The notes: generated from the letters alone by a model not told the origin. A stretch of 64,000 nt of DNA from Omnitrophica WOR_2 bacterium RIFCSPHIGHO2_02_FULL_50_17 (GCA_001805645.1 MHGQ01000049.1:66216-130215), one strand, 5' to 3'. Positions 9,008-19,823 are shown, counted from the stretch's first letter. Numbers and translations are program-made.

Positions 9008-11164
9008 TTAATTCCCTTCTGAGCTTTGAGAACCAGCCTTGCGTTTATTAAAACTTGTCCCAAAATCCAACATCATGTCGGGGAAGGCCTTCAGCGTAAA
9101 GACAATCCAGATCTCACTGCCCTCTCTTCTCGTTTCATTGAAATTGATATCCATGGTCCAATCATGCAGATCGCGCGTTACGGTGTATTGCTGCTCTTTA
9201 TGAATACCATTCTTTAAATCAAAACGGTTATACATTTTTACAGCCCATTTAGGATTGAACTTCCATGCCCAGTCCGTCGTGATTTGATCGTCCACCTCCC
9301 GGTTCCATCTCTTGCCGATATTGGCAGACCACTTCTTGCCGCCGTTAATAAAGAGATCGAAATTGGCAGTAGTCAGATAGTCTTTTCGCGTATCATAGAT
9401 TGAATCAAAATAGAACGTGACCCAGTCCTTCGGACGGAAATCAATATCTGTCGTGATCTGATCAAAACCGCCGGTGGTGGGGTGCTCTTTAAGCCGGAAA
9501 TCGGTGCCGATGACGGCGCGCAGCAATTCCACCACATTGCCTTCTCTTTTTGTCTGCAGTTTATTCTCGAAGGAAAAATTGATGGTATGGCTTAAATCTT
9601 TACTGTCAATGCCGTCAAAGGAATCTAATTGATCCGAGGGAAGGGTGGGGCCGTGATCGTAGGTGTAGGAAACCGCCGGGGTAATAATATGCCTGAGGCG
9701 GTGGACATCCAAGCCCCATTTCTCGACTTCCATATCAAAGACCCTGTAAAACTTCGTGCTGAGACTCGCCCCCGTGCGGAATATCCCGCGGATGGAATTG
9801 TATTCATCCGGATCCTTGGTTTTGCTGTAATAGGTATGCTCCCCGCCGACAAAAGGCCTCATCTCGATGAATCCGATTTTCAACGGATAGGACAGCTCAT
9901 TATCCGCATCCAGCCGCATGGTCTCGAAACGAACCTCGCTGGGAGAGGCGTCCTTTTTCGTCAAATTGGAATAGGTCGTGACATTCTTAAAATACAATCC
10001 CGTCTCGCCTATCGGCTGGCTCGAGAGGTCATAGCGCACCTCCGGCAGGCGCTCCACCGCCGACTCAAAGCGGTTCACACGGGCGTCGGTACGGAAATTA
10101 AACGTCCCCGCCGGCAAGACATGCGTCAAAAGGAAAAAGGTGTCCGGCGATGAGTCTTTGTCAAATTCCCGGTTAAAGTAATCCTTCAGAAGCGTTGAAT
10201 CGCTTAATTTATAATACTGCCAAATAGCGTTTGTCTTCTCGTCGATATCCCATTTGTGGCGCCATTCCACCTTAAACCGTTCCCGTTCAATCGTAGGGCT
10301 GGGACGTTCCTGATAGAAATGCTTGGAGGTAATACTGCGCTCGTTCATATAATAAGTCTTAATGACGCCTTCTCCCGCGGCAGGTGTCTGGTAGCGCGTA
10401 TCCCAGCCCCAGGCGATATCCTTCTTTTCCCTGGCATCCAAATGAAAAGTGCCTTTCACCTGCTCATTGAATTGATACCGCCACGCGCTCAGCAAAAACA
10501 TCCCCCACTGCTTGTCATAACCGGGCGTTAAAGTCACAATCGGCCTTTTACCGGTCAAATCCTGGGTAAAACGCGGGATATAAAGAACGGGCACTTTGCC
10601 TATTTTCATGCGGACATGGCGGGCAATCAATTTATCATTCGGATAAACATCCATCTTGCGGGAGACCAGACGGAAATGAGGACGGTCATGGTCGCATGTG
10701 GTCAGATAGCCGTTTTGCATAATGATATGGTTTTCGGAAACCTTAGAGACCTTTTCGCCCTCTCCATAATAAGGATTGGCAACAATCCCGGCCGGCTCAA
10801 AATCGCCGTTCATCGTCTCGAAATTAAAGGCCATCTTCTCGCCGTTTATTTCATCCACGCCTTTTTTCAGATGGACGTTGCCTTCGGCATAAGCCGTGCT
10901 GGTCCCGCGGGAGAATTCGACCCGGTCACAGGTCAAAATTACGTCCTTATAAAGGATAACCACATTGCCGCTGGCCGTGATTTTATTGCCGTCCACCGAA
11001 TATTCGACGACATCGCCGTTTAATTCGACAGAAGCACCCGGTGCGGATTTTGCCTCATCCGTCCCCTCATCCGCAAAGCCGACAAGGCACGCGCCCCCCA
11101 CCAGCGCCAGTATCAAGAGCGAAAAAAAGGCGGCTTTAACCATAGCCCATTTAGCGTCTAACAA
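9008..11164 (-). CDS. lptD: LPS assembly outer-membrane protein LptD
   Basis: Signal peptide, OstA-like N-terminal domain, TTCD..PHF motif and beta-barrel-like C-terminus. Confidence 0.8.
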   Translation of the reverse strand: MLDAKWAMVKAAFFSLLILALVGGACLVGFADEGTDEAKSAPGASVELNGDVVEYSVDGNKITASGNVVILYKDVILTCDRVEFSRGTSTAYAEGNVHLKKGVDEINGEKMAFNFETMNGDFEPAGIVANPYYGEGEKVSKVSENHIIMQNGYLTTCDHDRPHFRLVSRKMDVYPNDKLIARHVRMKIGKVPVLYIPRFTQDLTGKRPIVTLTPGYDKQWGMFLLSAWRYQFNEQVKGTFHLDAREKKDIAWGWDTRYQTPAAGEGVIKTYYMNERSITSKHFYQERPSPTIERERFKVEWRHKWDIDEKTNAIWQYYKLSDSTLLKDYFNREFDKDSSPDTFFLLTHVLPAGTFNFRTDARVNRFESAVERLPEVRYDLSSQPIGETGLYFKNVTTYSNLTKKDASPSEVRFETMRLDADNELSYPLKIGFIEMRPFVGGEHTYYSKTKDPDEYNSIRGIFRTGASLSTKFYRVFDMEVEKWGLDVHRLRHIITPAVSYTYDHGPTLPSDQLDSFDGIDSKDLSHTINFSFENKLQTKREGNVVELLRAVIGTDFRLKEHPTTGGFDQITTDIDFRPKDWVTFYFDSIYDTRKDYLTTANFDLFINGGKKWSANIGKRWNREVDDQITTDWAWKFNPKWAVKMYNRFDLKNGIHKEQQYTVTRDLHDWTMDINFNETRREGSEIWIVFTLKAFPDMMLDFGTSFNKRKAGSQSSEGN

Positions 11165-12083
11165 TTGATTCCCTCACCAAAACGTAGGCCCCGATAATCC
11201 CCGCCTCATCCCACAGCCGGGCGCGCACGATTCTGACCATATTCTTCTGAACCTTCATCGCCCGCTGCCGGATGACCTTATGAATTGTCTCTTTCATAAA
11301 ACGGTAATTGGAGGACACCCCTCCACCGATAATGACAAGCCGGGGGTTAAGAAGATTAATGATGCCCACGAGAGCATTTCCGATATGCGCGGCAGTCTCC
11401 TGCCAAAAGCGGATAGCACTGCTATTCCCCTGTCTGGCCAGATGAAAAATGTCTTCGAGGCGGATATTCTTATTCCTGAAAATTTTGACCGCCCTGGCCA
11501 GAAGATAATGGTTGCCGACGTAACGCTCAAAACACCCCAAACCGCCGCAGTTGCAGACGGGCCCTTTTTCGTTAAGAGGGATATGCCCTATTTCCCCTGC
11601 CGCAGAACCCTCGCCGCGGTAAAGCGCGTTATTCAAGACAAGCCCGCCGCCCACCCCGGTGCCCAACGTCATACAGATAAGATTCTTATATTCCTTTCCC
11701 GCTCCAAACTTCCATTCACCCAAGGTAATAAGATTGACATCGTTATCGATAAAGACAGGGACATGCAGCCTTTTTTGAAGGATGGTTTTAAGCGGAACGT
11801 TTTGCCATCCGCGGATATTGGGCATAAAAATAACAACGCCGCGTTGAAAATCCACAAGCCCCGGCAGGCCTATTCCTACGCCAAGAATATCCTTTCGGGC
11901 TATTTTATTCTCTTGCGCTAATTTCTGGATAGCGTGAACCAGGCCGTCTATTAGCTTCGCCCTGCTATGGTTATAACCCTTTGTCGATAAATTGGTTTTG
12001 GCCAAGATTCGGCCAGAGGGGCCGACCAGTCCAAGCTTAATATTCGTTCCTCCGACATCAACCCCAATAATATATTTTGCCAT
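11151..12083 (-). CDS. ROK-family sugar kinase (glucokinase-like)
   Basis: DVGGT, NDVN, TLGTGVGGG and GEIGH...CNCGGLGCFE motifs. Confidence 0.92.
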   Translation of the reverse strand: MAKYIIGVDVGGTNIKLGLVGPSGRILAKTNLSTKGYNHSRAKLIDGLVHAIQKLAQENKIARKDILGVGIGLPGLVDFQRGVVIFMPNIRGWQNVPLKTILQKRLHVPVFIDNDVNLITLGEWKFGAGKEYKNLICMTLGTGVGGGLVLNNALYRGEGSAAGEIGHIPLNEKGPVCNCGGLGCFERYVGNHYLLARAVKIFRNKNIRLEDIFHLARQGNSSAIRFWQETAAHIGNALVGIINLLNPRLVIIGGGVSSNYRFMKETIHKVIRQRAMKVQKNMVRIVRARLWDEAGIIGAYVLVRESIVRR

Positions 12084-12213
12084 AATTGGTAAAAAGGAAA
12101 ATAGAATATTTAATAATATTTTAATAGTAAGGAAGGTATTTTACACGATTATATCCAATGATTCAAGCCGAATTGAGAAAAATCCGTATGAAATCCCAAG
12201 CCTTAAAGATATC

Positions 12214-13233
12214 CTACCCGCGATAGACGCCAAAGGCGCAGACCCGGTTTCTCCCCTCCTTTTTAGCCCTGTAAAGTGCCCAGTCGGACTTATCAATCAA
12301 TTCCTCCATATGCAGCCCATCCTCTGGATATGTCGAAACGCCGATACTAAGCGTAACCTTGACCTGTGTATCATAGGCCTTGACCAATGCGCCTTCAGCC
12401 GCCTGACGGATACGCTCCGCAACGAAACGCGCCCCTTCCCTGTCCGTATCGGGTAGGATCACGCAGAATTCCTCACCACCATAACGGCCGGCCACATCTA
12501 TCTCGCGGATATTCTCTCTAATAAGACGCCCCACTTCCCTCAAAATCTGGTCCCCTGTCAGATGACCGTATGTATCGTTAAAATCCTTGAAAAAATCCGC
12601 GTCGATCATAAGAAACGACAAAGGGCTGCCGCGCATCTTGGAGCGCCGGATCTCCTCCTGGAGGCGCCCCAGCGCATAACGCCGCGTGTAGATCTCGGTC
12701 AGACTGTCGGTAATCGCGATGCGTTCTATCTCCTGATATAATTTGACCCGCCGAAAGGCCAGGGCGAACTGGTTTCCCAAGATCATAAACTTCTCCCTGT
12801 TTGCCTCGGCGAGCCCTTTGATGACCAGGTAACCCGTCTTTTTCTTCTCGCCCTGAAGGACAAATACGAAATAGTCTTCGGACTTCTTGTAATCTTTGAT
12901 CTCATGAGAAAGGGGATGAACCAACAAACACTCCTCAAATGTCCCATGACGGCTCAATGTATTCTTAAAAATCTCGAAGGCCTCCTGTTCGCTGAGGCTC
13001 TTGGTGATATCCTTCGTAAGCTCATATAAAGTAAAAATCTCAAGCGTTTCGTTCTCCAGGCGCATCTTCTCCAAAAACAGCGATTCCTTCTTATTAGCTA
13101 ACTTTTGCGAATGGACGCTTTCCTCAAACACCTTTTCCTGCGCCCTCAACTCCTGCTCCACGGATACCTTGCGGGCACAATACATAACAAGCCCCGCATA
13201 AGCCATAACGATAATGGAAGATATCACTATCAT
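12214..13233 (-). CDS. Membrane-anchored diguanylate cyclase with RxxD I-site
   Basis: N-terminal TM helix and REIDVAGRYGGEEF. Confidence 0.9.
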   Translation of the reverse strand: MIVISSIIVMAYAGLVMYCARKVSVEQELRAQEKVFEESVHSQKLANKKESLFLEKMRLENETLEIFTLYELTKDITKSLSEQEAFEIFKNTLSRHGTFEECLLVHPLSHEIKDYKKSEDYFVFVLQGEKKKTGYLVIKGLAEANREKFMILGNQFALAFRRVKLYQEIERIAITDSLTEIYTRRYALGRLQEEIRRSKMRGSPLSFLMIDADFFKDFNDTYGHLTGDQILREVGRLIRENIREIDVAGRYGGEEFCVILPDTDREGARFVAERIRQAAEGALVKAYDTQVKVTLSIGVSTYPEDGLHMEELIDKSDWALYRAKKEGRNRVCAFGVYRG

Positions 13234-13246
13234 GGGTTACCCATCC

Positions 13247-14542
13247 TTAAGCCGCGCACACCCGGTTGCGTCCCTCAGCCTTGGCGCCATAAAGGGCCAG
13301 ATCCGCTTGATGAATCAGCTCTTTGGGGTTGGCGGCATCTTCCGGACAAGAGGCCACCCCAATAGAGACGGTAATCCGCGTTCTTTCCCGCCGCAAAATA
13401 ATAGTCTGCTCGGCGATTTTTTTTCTTATCTGCTCGGCTAATTCCCGTGCTTCCTGTTTGGAAGAGTCCGGAAGAAGAACCGAGAATTCCTCGCCCCCAT
13501 AACGGCAGATCAGACTGCCGGGCTGAGGGAAAAAATCCGCCAGGAGCATCCCGACGGTGCGCAGGACAATATCCCCGGCGGTATGCCCGAATTTATCGTT
13601 ATACTGTTTAAAATTATCCAAATCCAGCATTAAAAAGGAAAGCCGGCCTCCTTGCCGCAGCTGACGGCTGATCTCCTCCGGCATGCGCTCCAAAAGGTGT
13701 CGTCTCAGATATAAGCCGGTCAGGCTGTCTTTGATGGCGAGCTGCTCCAGGCGTTCGTACAACTGGGCGTTTTCGATGGCGACCGCGCCCAAATCGCCGA
13801 TGGTCGTCAGAAACCGCAGATCCTCCGTCGTCAAATCACCCTCCCGGGGGCTGTCAACACGCAAAATCCCCAAGGCCTTATGCCCGACCACCAAGGGGGC
13901 GCCTATCAGAGAACGGACAGGCCTGAATTCCTCCGTCGGCATCTTATCCGTGTCAAAACGATAATCGCTTTTTGTATCTTCAATCAGCAAAGGCTGCATG
14001 CTCTTGACTACCCACTGATCAAAGAGATCCCCTTTTTTGGATTTGAGATTGACCCGCATCTCTCCCTTATGAGAGGCGGAAATCCCCAAATCCCCTGTCT
14101 TGGAATGAAAAAGATAAAGGATGACCGTCCTTTCGTGATCGCCGAAAAGTCTGTTGACTTCCTCGGAAAGCGTTTTGGACGTCTCTTCCAAAGACAGGCA
14201 CACCCCAATCCTCTCGGTCAGCCCCTTCAGGCGGGCATAATTGACGATTTTTTTCTCGAATGATGCGATCGCCTTTTTTTCTATTTGGACCTCGGCTTCA
14301 ATAAGATTGCGCCGTTCTTCCAAGTTCTGAATCTGCAGGTTAATCTCGGACTGTTTGACATTCAGGCGCGCACGCAGAAAAAATAAATCAAGGAGGATGA
14401 TTAATAGTCCCAGGGAAAGAAAAACAAAAAAGGCGGGATTCACAAAAACGGCATAGACAAAAAAGCCGGTGAGAAAAACAAACAGGACAGCGGCGAGAAG
14501 AAAATCAGAACTATATGATTGTTTTTTCGGTTTCTCGGTCAA
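13247..14542 (-). CDS. Membrane-anchored GAF-GGDEF diguanylate cyclase
   Basis: Two TM helices, a coiled coil, GAF domain (AVAIENAQLY) and RYGGEEF; no RxxD I-site. Confidence 0.9.
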   Translation of the reverse strand: MTEKPKKQSYSSDFLLAAVLFVFLTGFFVYAVFVNPAFFVFLSLGLLIILLDLFFLRARLNVKQSEINLQIQNLEERRNLIEAEVQIEKKAIASFEKKIVNYARLKGLTERIGVCLSLEETSKTLSEEVNRLFGDHERTVILYLFHSKTGDLGISASHKGEMRVNLKSKKGDLFDQWVVKSMQPLLIEDTKSDYRFDTDKMPTEEFRPVRSLIGAPLVVGHKALGILRVDSPREGDLTTEDLRFLTTIGDLGAVAIENAQLYERLEQLAIKDSLTGLYLRRHLLERMPEEISRQLRQGGRLSFLMLDLDNFKQYNDKFGHTAGDIVLRTVGMLLADFFPQPGSLICRYGGEEFSVLLPDSSKQEARELAEQIRKKIAEQTIILRRERTRITVSIGVASCPEDAANPKELIHQADLALYGAKAEGRNRVCAA

Positions 14543-15614
14543 AGAAGTGCACCTTGCTCATATCGAACACGAGATCCATATCCCGATTGACTTCCGGTCT
14601 GTTATGAGCTCCAACGCGTGCAATGAATGTGTGTCTACCCGAATTTAGATACAAGTAGACCTCCGAACCGAGCGGTTCAACGACCTCACAGGCGGCACGG
14701 ATGGTATTGTCCGCAGAGGCCTCCGAGACGAATAATTTGTCATAAATATCTTCCGCACGGATACCGAAAATGATTTCCTTGCCCTCATAAGGCCCCATGA
14801 CCTTATACATATCTTCGACAAGTTTTACCTGAAGCTTCCCTTCCTCGAAATAGTATTTTCGCTCTTTTTTGATAATACGCCCCTGCATCAAGTTGATGGG
14901 CGGCGAACCTATGAAACTGGCGACAAACTTATTAGCGGGCTTGTCATAAATCGTTATCGGATCCGCACACTGCTGCACCTTGCCGTCTTTCATCACCGCA
15001 ATGCGGTCCCCCAGCGTCATGGCCTCTGTCTGGTCGTGCGTGACATAAACAAACGTCGTCTGGAGTCTTAACCGTAACTTGTGGATCTCGGTGCGCATCT
15101 GGACGCGCAATTTGGCATCCAGATTGCTTAAAGGTTCATCGAACAAAAAAGCCTGGGGCTTGCGGACAATCGCCCGGCCCAGGGCCACACGCTGACGCTC
15201 CCCGCCCGAAAGCTGCCGGGGCCGTCTCTCCAGCAAGGGCTTGATGCCTAAAATTTCGGTCGCCTCCTGCACCCGGCGGACAATCTCATGCTTGGGGTAT
15301 CTGCGCAGCCTCAACCCAAAAGACATATTTTCAAAAACCGTCATGTGGGGATAAAGGGCGTAGTTCTGAAAGACCATCGCGATGTCCCTGTCTTTGGCAG
15401 GGACATCATTGACCAGGCGGTCCGCGATCCAGATTTTCCCATCCGTAATCTCTTCCAGTCCGGCAATCATGCGCAATGTCGTCGACTTCCCGCATCCGGA
15501 AGGCCCCACCAGCACCATGAATTCCTTGTTTTCGATACCTAAATTGACATCGTCGACGGCTTTGACGCCGCCTTTATAAACCTTTGTCACATTCCTGACG
15601 CTGATTTGAGCCAT
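14511..15614 (-). CDS. Sugar ABC transporter ATPase (MalK/UgpC/MsmX type)
   Basis: GPSGCGKST, VFQNYALYPH and LSGGERQR motifs, plus a C-terminal TOBE-like region. Confidence 0.93.
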   Translation of the reverse strand: MAQISVRNVTKVYKGGVKAVDDVNLGIENKEFMVLVGPSGCGKSTTLRMIAGLEEITDGKIWIADRLVNDVPAKDRDIAMVFQNYALYPHMTVFENMSFGLRLRRYPKHEIVRRVQEATEILGIKPLLERRPRQLSGGERQRVALGRAIVRKPQAFLFDEPLSNLDAKLRVQMRTEIHKLRLRLQTTFVYVTHDQTEAMTLGDRIAVMKDGKVQQCADPITIYDKPANKFVASFIGSPPINLMQGRIIKKERKYYFEEGKLQVKLVEDMYKVMGPYEGKEIIFGIRAEDIYDKLFVSEASADNTIRAACEVVEPLGSEVYLYLNSGRHTFIARVGAHNRPEVNRDMDLVFDMSKVHFFDRETEKTII

Positions 15615-15724
15615 TTTGAAATAGTGAATAGTTTACGGGGAATGGTTAATGGTTTTCATTCTATAGAAGAACACCCCCAAATGCAACGAATTTGTTGGGG
15701 CTGGCCGTGGCTGTCACGCCTTTT

Positions 15725-16570
15725 TTATTCCCTCCGCGTATATTCCAGGATTTGGCCGATGACATCGCGGCTTTGTTTGCGCTCGACAATCATATCAATG
15801 AGGCCGTGAGCCAGGAGGAATTCAGATCGCTGAAACCCTTCCGGGAGCTTCTGGCGGATCGTCTGTTCAATCACCCGCGGCCCTGTAAATCCGATCAGTG
15901 CCTTGGGTTCTGCAAGGATCACATCACCGATGCCGGCAAAAGAGGCCATAATGCCGGCCATGGTCGGGTTTGTCAAAAAAGATATGTAAAGGAGCCCTGC
16001 CTGATGATGCCGTGACAGGGCGGCACAGGTCTTGGCCATCTGCATGAGGGAATAGGCGCCCTCGTACATCCTGGCACCGCCCCCTGACCCCGAAATAATA
16101 ATCGCAGGCAAACGGTTTTGTGTGGCCGACTCCACAAGCCGCGTAATCTTCTCCCCCACCACGGCCCCCATAGACCCCATGATAAACCGGGAATCTGTCA
16201 CAGCCACAGCTATGGGTTTGCCTTTCAGCTTTGCCGTTCCCGTAATAACCGCATCCTTCAATCCTGTGGCCTGCTGATCAGCCTCGAGCTTTTCCTTGTA
16301 TGTCTTGGGCCCCTTAAATTCCAGAGGGTCAAGGGACGACAGGCGGGCATCGGTCTCTTCAAATGTCCCTTCATCCGCAAAACAATCGATTCTCTGACGG
16401 GCGGAGATAGAAAAATGATAACCGCATTTGGGGCAGACATAGAGATTATTCCCCAGCTCTTTTCGGTATGTCGGCGCTTCGCACTCGGGGCACTTTGTCC
16501 ATAGCCCGACGGGGATATCTTTCTTCTTAACCGTCACGAGGGTGTAATTTTTTCGTCCGAATAAAGCCAT
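15725..16570 (-). CDS. accD: Acetyl-CoA carboxylase carboxyltransferase beta subunit
   Basis: LWTKCPEC...CPKC zinc ribbon, GSMG, GGARM and FQRSEFL motifs. Confidence 0.95.
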   Translation of the reverse strand: MALFGRKNYTLVTVKKKDIPVGLWTKCPECEAPTYRKELGNNLYVCPKCGYHFSISARQRIDCFADEGTFEETDARLSSLDPLEFKGPKTYKEKLEADQQATGLKDAVITGTAKLKGKPIAVAVTDSRFIMGSMGAVVGEKITRLVESATQNRLPAIIISGSGGGARMYEGAYSLMQMAKTCAALSRHHQAGLLYISFLTNPTMAGIMASFAGIGDVILAEPKALIGFTGPRVIEQTIRQKLPEGFQRSEFLLAHGLIDMIVERKQSRDVIGQILEYTRRE

Positions 16571-16611
16571 AATCTAGGGTGCAGGGTTCAGGGTATAGGG
16601 GTTACCCTGTA

Positions 16612-17880
16612 TTATTCCATCTTATAAACCGTCAGGCCGGATAAAACCTTCGGATAGAAATATGTTGTCTTGGGCGGCATTTTCTCTCCGTTCAGGGCTA
16701 TGGCTTTCAGTTGAGAGATCTTGACAGGATTCATAATAAAACCCGCATCGGCCTGTGCGGCATCCACTTGACTGAGGACATCCGGGTAGTCTTTGGTATA
16801 AATGATATCCTCCGACTTTATCCCCATCCGGTCAAAAACAAAATACCTTAAGATCGTCGCATCCAAATGCTTATAGTCCCGTGACCCCTCATGGATATAC
16901 TGATCCACAAGCAGTTTATTTTTCAGCCGCAGGAGTTTCACCCCCTCTCTGGTATAAAGGCCGAAGGCGTGCTCGTTTTGCCCAGCCCGCGCCAAGGGGA
17001 CCAACAATTCGTCGCGGTGGCGTATTCTGTCGATGCGGAAAAATTCCTCAAGCAGACTAAAGTTTAGAGGGAAATGTTTGACGATCCGGTGCATCGGGAA
17101 AATCTGCAGATCCTTCGAATCGATATTCGTAAAGTAGGTCATAACATAATTAAACGGCTCTTCGCCGGTGGGCTTCTGCGTCATCTGCGCCAGCCGGCTA
17201 CGGCGCAGTTCCTGGGCCACCCTGTAACGATGATGCCCGTCCGCGATAAAAAGGTGCTGGTCTACCATAGATTCGTTGATCTCGTTAATCAAATCCATTT
17301 CGTCCAGGCGCCACAATTTATGTCCCGCCCCGTTATTATCTACGATATCCGCCGCTGGTTTCTGCGCCAAAATTTTTTTATTGAAAATCTTCTCAATCTT
17401 CTTTTGCCGATCGGAATAGCAGACGAAAATACAGCTTAAGTTCGCATTCAGGCTGCTCCAAAGCGTGAGCCGGTCCTCAACCGCATAGTCATGGGTATTC
17501 TCATGGGGCTTAACCCTGGAATCCGCCCCATCCTGCAATCCCATGAGGGAGATAAACCCCAGACGGCTGTATTTCTGCCCCTGGGATTTATACTCCTGCT
17601 TGCAGAAATAAATGGCCTCTTTCCCATCTTGGACCAGAATGCCGCTGTTCAGCCAATCCTGGTATATCTTTTTCGCCCGCGTATATTTATTGTTTGTCTT
17701 ATCATCCCCTGGCCTCTCTTTCCCGAGGAGGATATGTATAAAATTATACGGGCTAAGCTCATGCAGATGATCCTGCTCCTCTGGAGAAATCACATCGTAA
17801 GGCGGGCACACGACCTGCCTAAAATCCTTAATCTTTTCTGGATTGTAATGGACAGCCCTAAACGGCTTAATGCTCAGCAT
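16612..17880 (-). CDS. DUF1015 family protein
   Basis: PPYDVI, PHE.T, IADGHHRY and MPPKTTYFYPK motifs. Confidence 0.88.
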   Translation of the reverse strand: MLSIKPFRAVHYNPEKIKDFRQVVCPPYDVISPEEQDHLHELSPYNFIHILLGKERPGDDKTNNKYTRAKKIYQDWLNSGILVQDGKEAIYFCKQEYKSQGQKYSRLGFISLMGLQDGADSRVKPHENTHDYAVEDRLTLWSSLNANLSCIFVCYSDRQKKIEKIFNKKILAQKPAADIVDNNGAGHKLWRLDEMDLINEINESMVDQHLFIADGHHRYRVAQELRRSRLAQMTQKPTGEEPFNYVMTYFTNIDSKDLQIFPMHRIVKHFPLNFSLLEEFFRIDRIRHRDELLVPLARAGQNEHAFGLYTREGVKLLRLKNKLLVDQYIHEGSRDYKHLDATILRYFVFDRMGIKSEDIIYTKDYPDVLSQVDAAQADAGFIMNPVKISQLKAIALNGEKMPPKTTYFYPKVLSGLTVYKME

Positions 17881-17886
17881 GAACTT

Positions 17887-18327
17887 TCACCTTGAGAGCG
17901 TGTTTTGTGTCTTTTTCATCAGAAAAAAGTAGATATATGCCCCTACCCATCCGCCCAGCGTATCAGCCAAAACATCCCATGGGCTTACGTTTCTTCCCGG
18001 CACAAAGGATTGATGGTATTCATCACTTATCCCATAGAGGAGGGCGCAGAATGCCACCGCCATTGAAACCCCTCTCTCCGAAAAAACCCGTCCGGCTTTG
18101 AGCGGCGGGGAGCCTTGGCCAGTCCCGAATCCGCTTAAAAAAGCCCTTGTTAACAAAAAGCCAAAAGGAGAATATATCAAAAGATGCAAAATTTTGTCGA
18201 AGTAATCATCCCCCAAAGGGGTTTGGACATCGGGAATCGAAGAAACAAGGAAGATAATACCAGAATAAAGGATGACGGGAAACCAAAATTTAATAAATTT
18301 TGGCCCCTTCTCCCCTCTTCCGGCCAT
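17887..18327 (-). CDS. VanZ-family membrane protein
   Basis: DKILH, YGISDEYHQSFVPGR and DVLAD motifs. Start placed at the TAATG overlap with the upstream gene. Confidence 0.85.
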   Translation of the reverse strand: MAGRGEKGPKFIKFWFPVILYSGIIFLVSSIPDVQTPLGDDYFDKILHLLIYSPFGFLLTRAFLSGFGTGQGSPPLKAGRVFSERGVSMAVAFCALLYGISDEYHQSFVPGRNVSPWDVLADTLGGWVGAYIYFFLMKKTQNTLSR

Positions 18328-18608
18328 TAAGAGGCGCACTTGCACTCCGCGCAACAGCCTTTGGATTCAGGCAGACTTCCCTTGGGGGATGCCGCAACCG
18401 GGGCGTCTTTTTCAGACGGCTGCTTTCTCTTATAATCGGTCTCATAAAATCCGCTTCCTTTAAAAATAATCCCGCCACCGGCGCCTATCAGACGATGGAG
18501 CTTGAACTTCCCGCACCGGGGGCACTTCCTCAGCTTGCCCTCTGTCATGGATTGAAAGGTCTCAAAGGCATGGCCGCAGGCGGAACACTCGTATTGGTAT
18601 GTCGGCAT
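18327..18608 (-). CDS. FmdB-family zinc-ribbon protein
   Basis: MPTYQYECSAC...CPRC and FKGSGFYETDY motifs. Confidence 0.9.
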   Translation of the reverse strand: MPTYQYECSACGHAFETFQSMTEGKLRKCPRCGKFKLHRLIGAGGGIIFKGSGFYETDYKRKQPSEKDAPVAASPKGSLPESKGCCAECKCAS

Positions 18609-18622
18609 AATTTGTCTCCTTT

Positions 18623-19765
18623 TTACTTAAACACTTTTTTTATTTTCTCGGCAATCGAACTGGCCTGGGGGTCGACCTTCTCCCCGCTAATCTGAGCAAA
18701 TTTCTCCAATAACTGCCTCTGTTCGGCAGTCAATCTTTCAGGCACCTCCAGCATCACCTTTACATACTGATCACCCGGTACCCCCCCACGCAAACCAGGC
18801 ATGCCCTTGCCCTTCAGGCGAAAGACCTTGCCACTTGGCGTACCTGCCGGGATTTTCATTTTAACGGTATCGTTGAGAGTGGGGACGGACACCTCCGCGC
18901 CCAAGGCCGCCTTGACAAAACTTACCGACAGCTGCATATAGATATCATCCTCATTGCGCTCAAAGAGAGAATGGGACAGAACCCGGATGTACAAATAGAG
19001 ATCCCCGGCGCCGCCGCCGCCAATTTCTCCCTCTCCGGCGATCCTTAGGCGTGTGTTATTGTCCACACCCGGCGGGATAGTCACGTCAATCTTTCGCGTC
19101 ACACGCACGACCCCTTTACCGTGACATTGGGGGCAAAACTCCGTAATAATCTGTCCTGCCCCGCCGCAGGCTGAACATGTTTGCTGCATCCTGAAAAATC
19201 CGCTGGACATCACCACCTGACCGCGGCCGCCGCAAGTGCTGCAGGTCTTAGGTTTCGTTCCTGGCTTGGCCCCCGACCCCTCACACGACGCGCAGTGCTC
19301 ATGACGGGGGATTTTTATCTTTTTGGCAACTCCCGCGAAGGCCTCTTCTAAAGTCACCTCAACCTCATACTGGATATCATGGCCCCGCCGTGGCCGCCGG
19401 CTCCGGCGGCTGGCCCCTCCAAAAATATCAAACCCTGCATCGCCGAAGAACTGGCCGAAGATATCCCCCAATCCTAAATCCTCAAAGATGCCGCTGAAGT
19501 CGGCCCCTCGGAAGATATCCTCTGTCGTATACTGCTGATCGATGCCGGCATGACCGTATTGATCATACATGGACCGCTTCTTGGCGTCGGACAAAACGCC
19601 GTAGGCCTCGGAAATTTCCTTAAATCTCTGTTCCGCCTCGGCCTTTTCCTCTGGGGGGACGCGGTCCGGATGGAACTTCAACGCCAGGGAACGATACGCC
19701 TTCTTGATTTGCTGCGGCGCGGCATCCTTGGGGACGCCCAGTATTTCGTAATAATCTTTCTTCAT
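18623..19765 (-). CDS. dnaJ: Chaperone DnaJ
   Basis: HPD J-domain, G/F region and four CxxCxGxG repeats. Confidence 0.97.
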   Translation of the reverse strand: MKKDYYEILGVPKDAAPQQIKKAYRSLALKFHPDRVPPEEKAEAEQRFKEISEAYGVLSDAKKRSMYDQYGHAGIDQQYTTEDIFRGADFSGIFEDLGLGDIFGQFFGDAGFDIFGGASRRSRRPRRGHDIQYEVEVTLEEAFAGVAKKIKIPRHEHCASCEGSGAKPGTKPKTCSTCGGRGQVVMSSGFFRMQQTCSACGGAGQIITEFCPQCHGKGVVRVTRKIDVTIPPGVDNNTRLRIAGEGEIGGGGAGDLYLYIRVLSHSLFERNEDDIYMQLSVSFVKAALGAEVSVPTLNDTVKMKIPAGTPSGKVFRLKGKGMPGLRGGVPGDQYVKVMLEVPERLTAEQRQLLEKFAQISGEKVDPQASSIAEKIKKVFK

Positions 19766-19791
19766 GGATTCTGCCGGAGATTAAGACGCAA

Positions 19792-19823
19792 AGAGGCAAG
19801 CGACTTATTTGTCTCTTGCCTCT
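19792..19823. terminator. Stem-loop between dnaK and dnaJ
   Basis: Inverted repeat AGAGGCAAGCGAC-ttattt-GTCTCTTGCCTCT. Confidence 0.45.
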
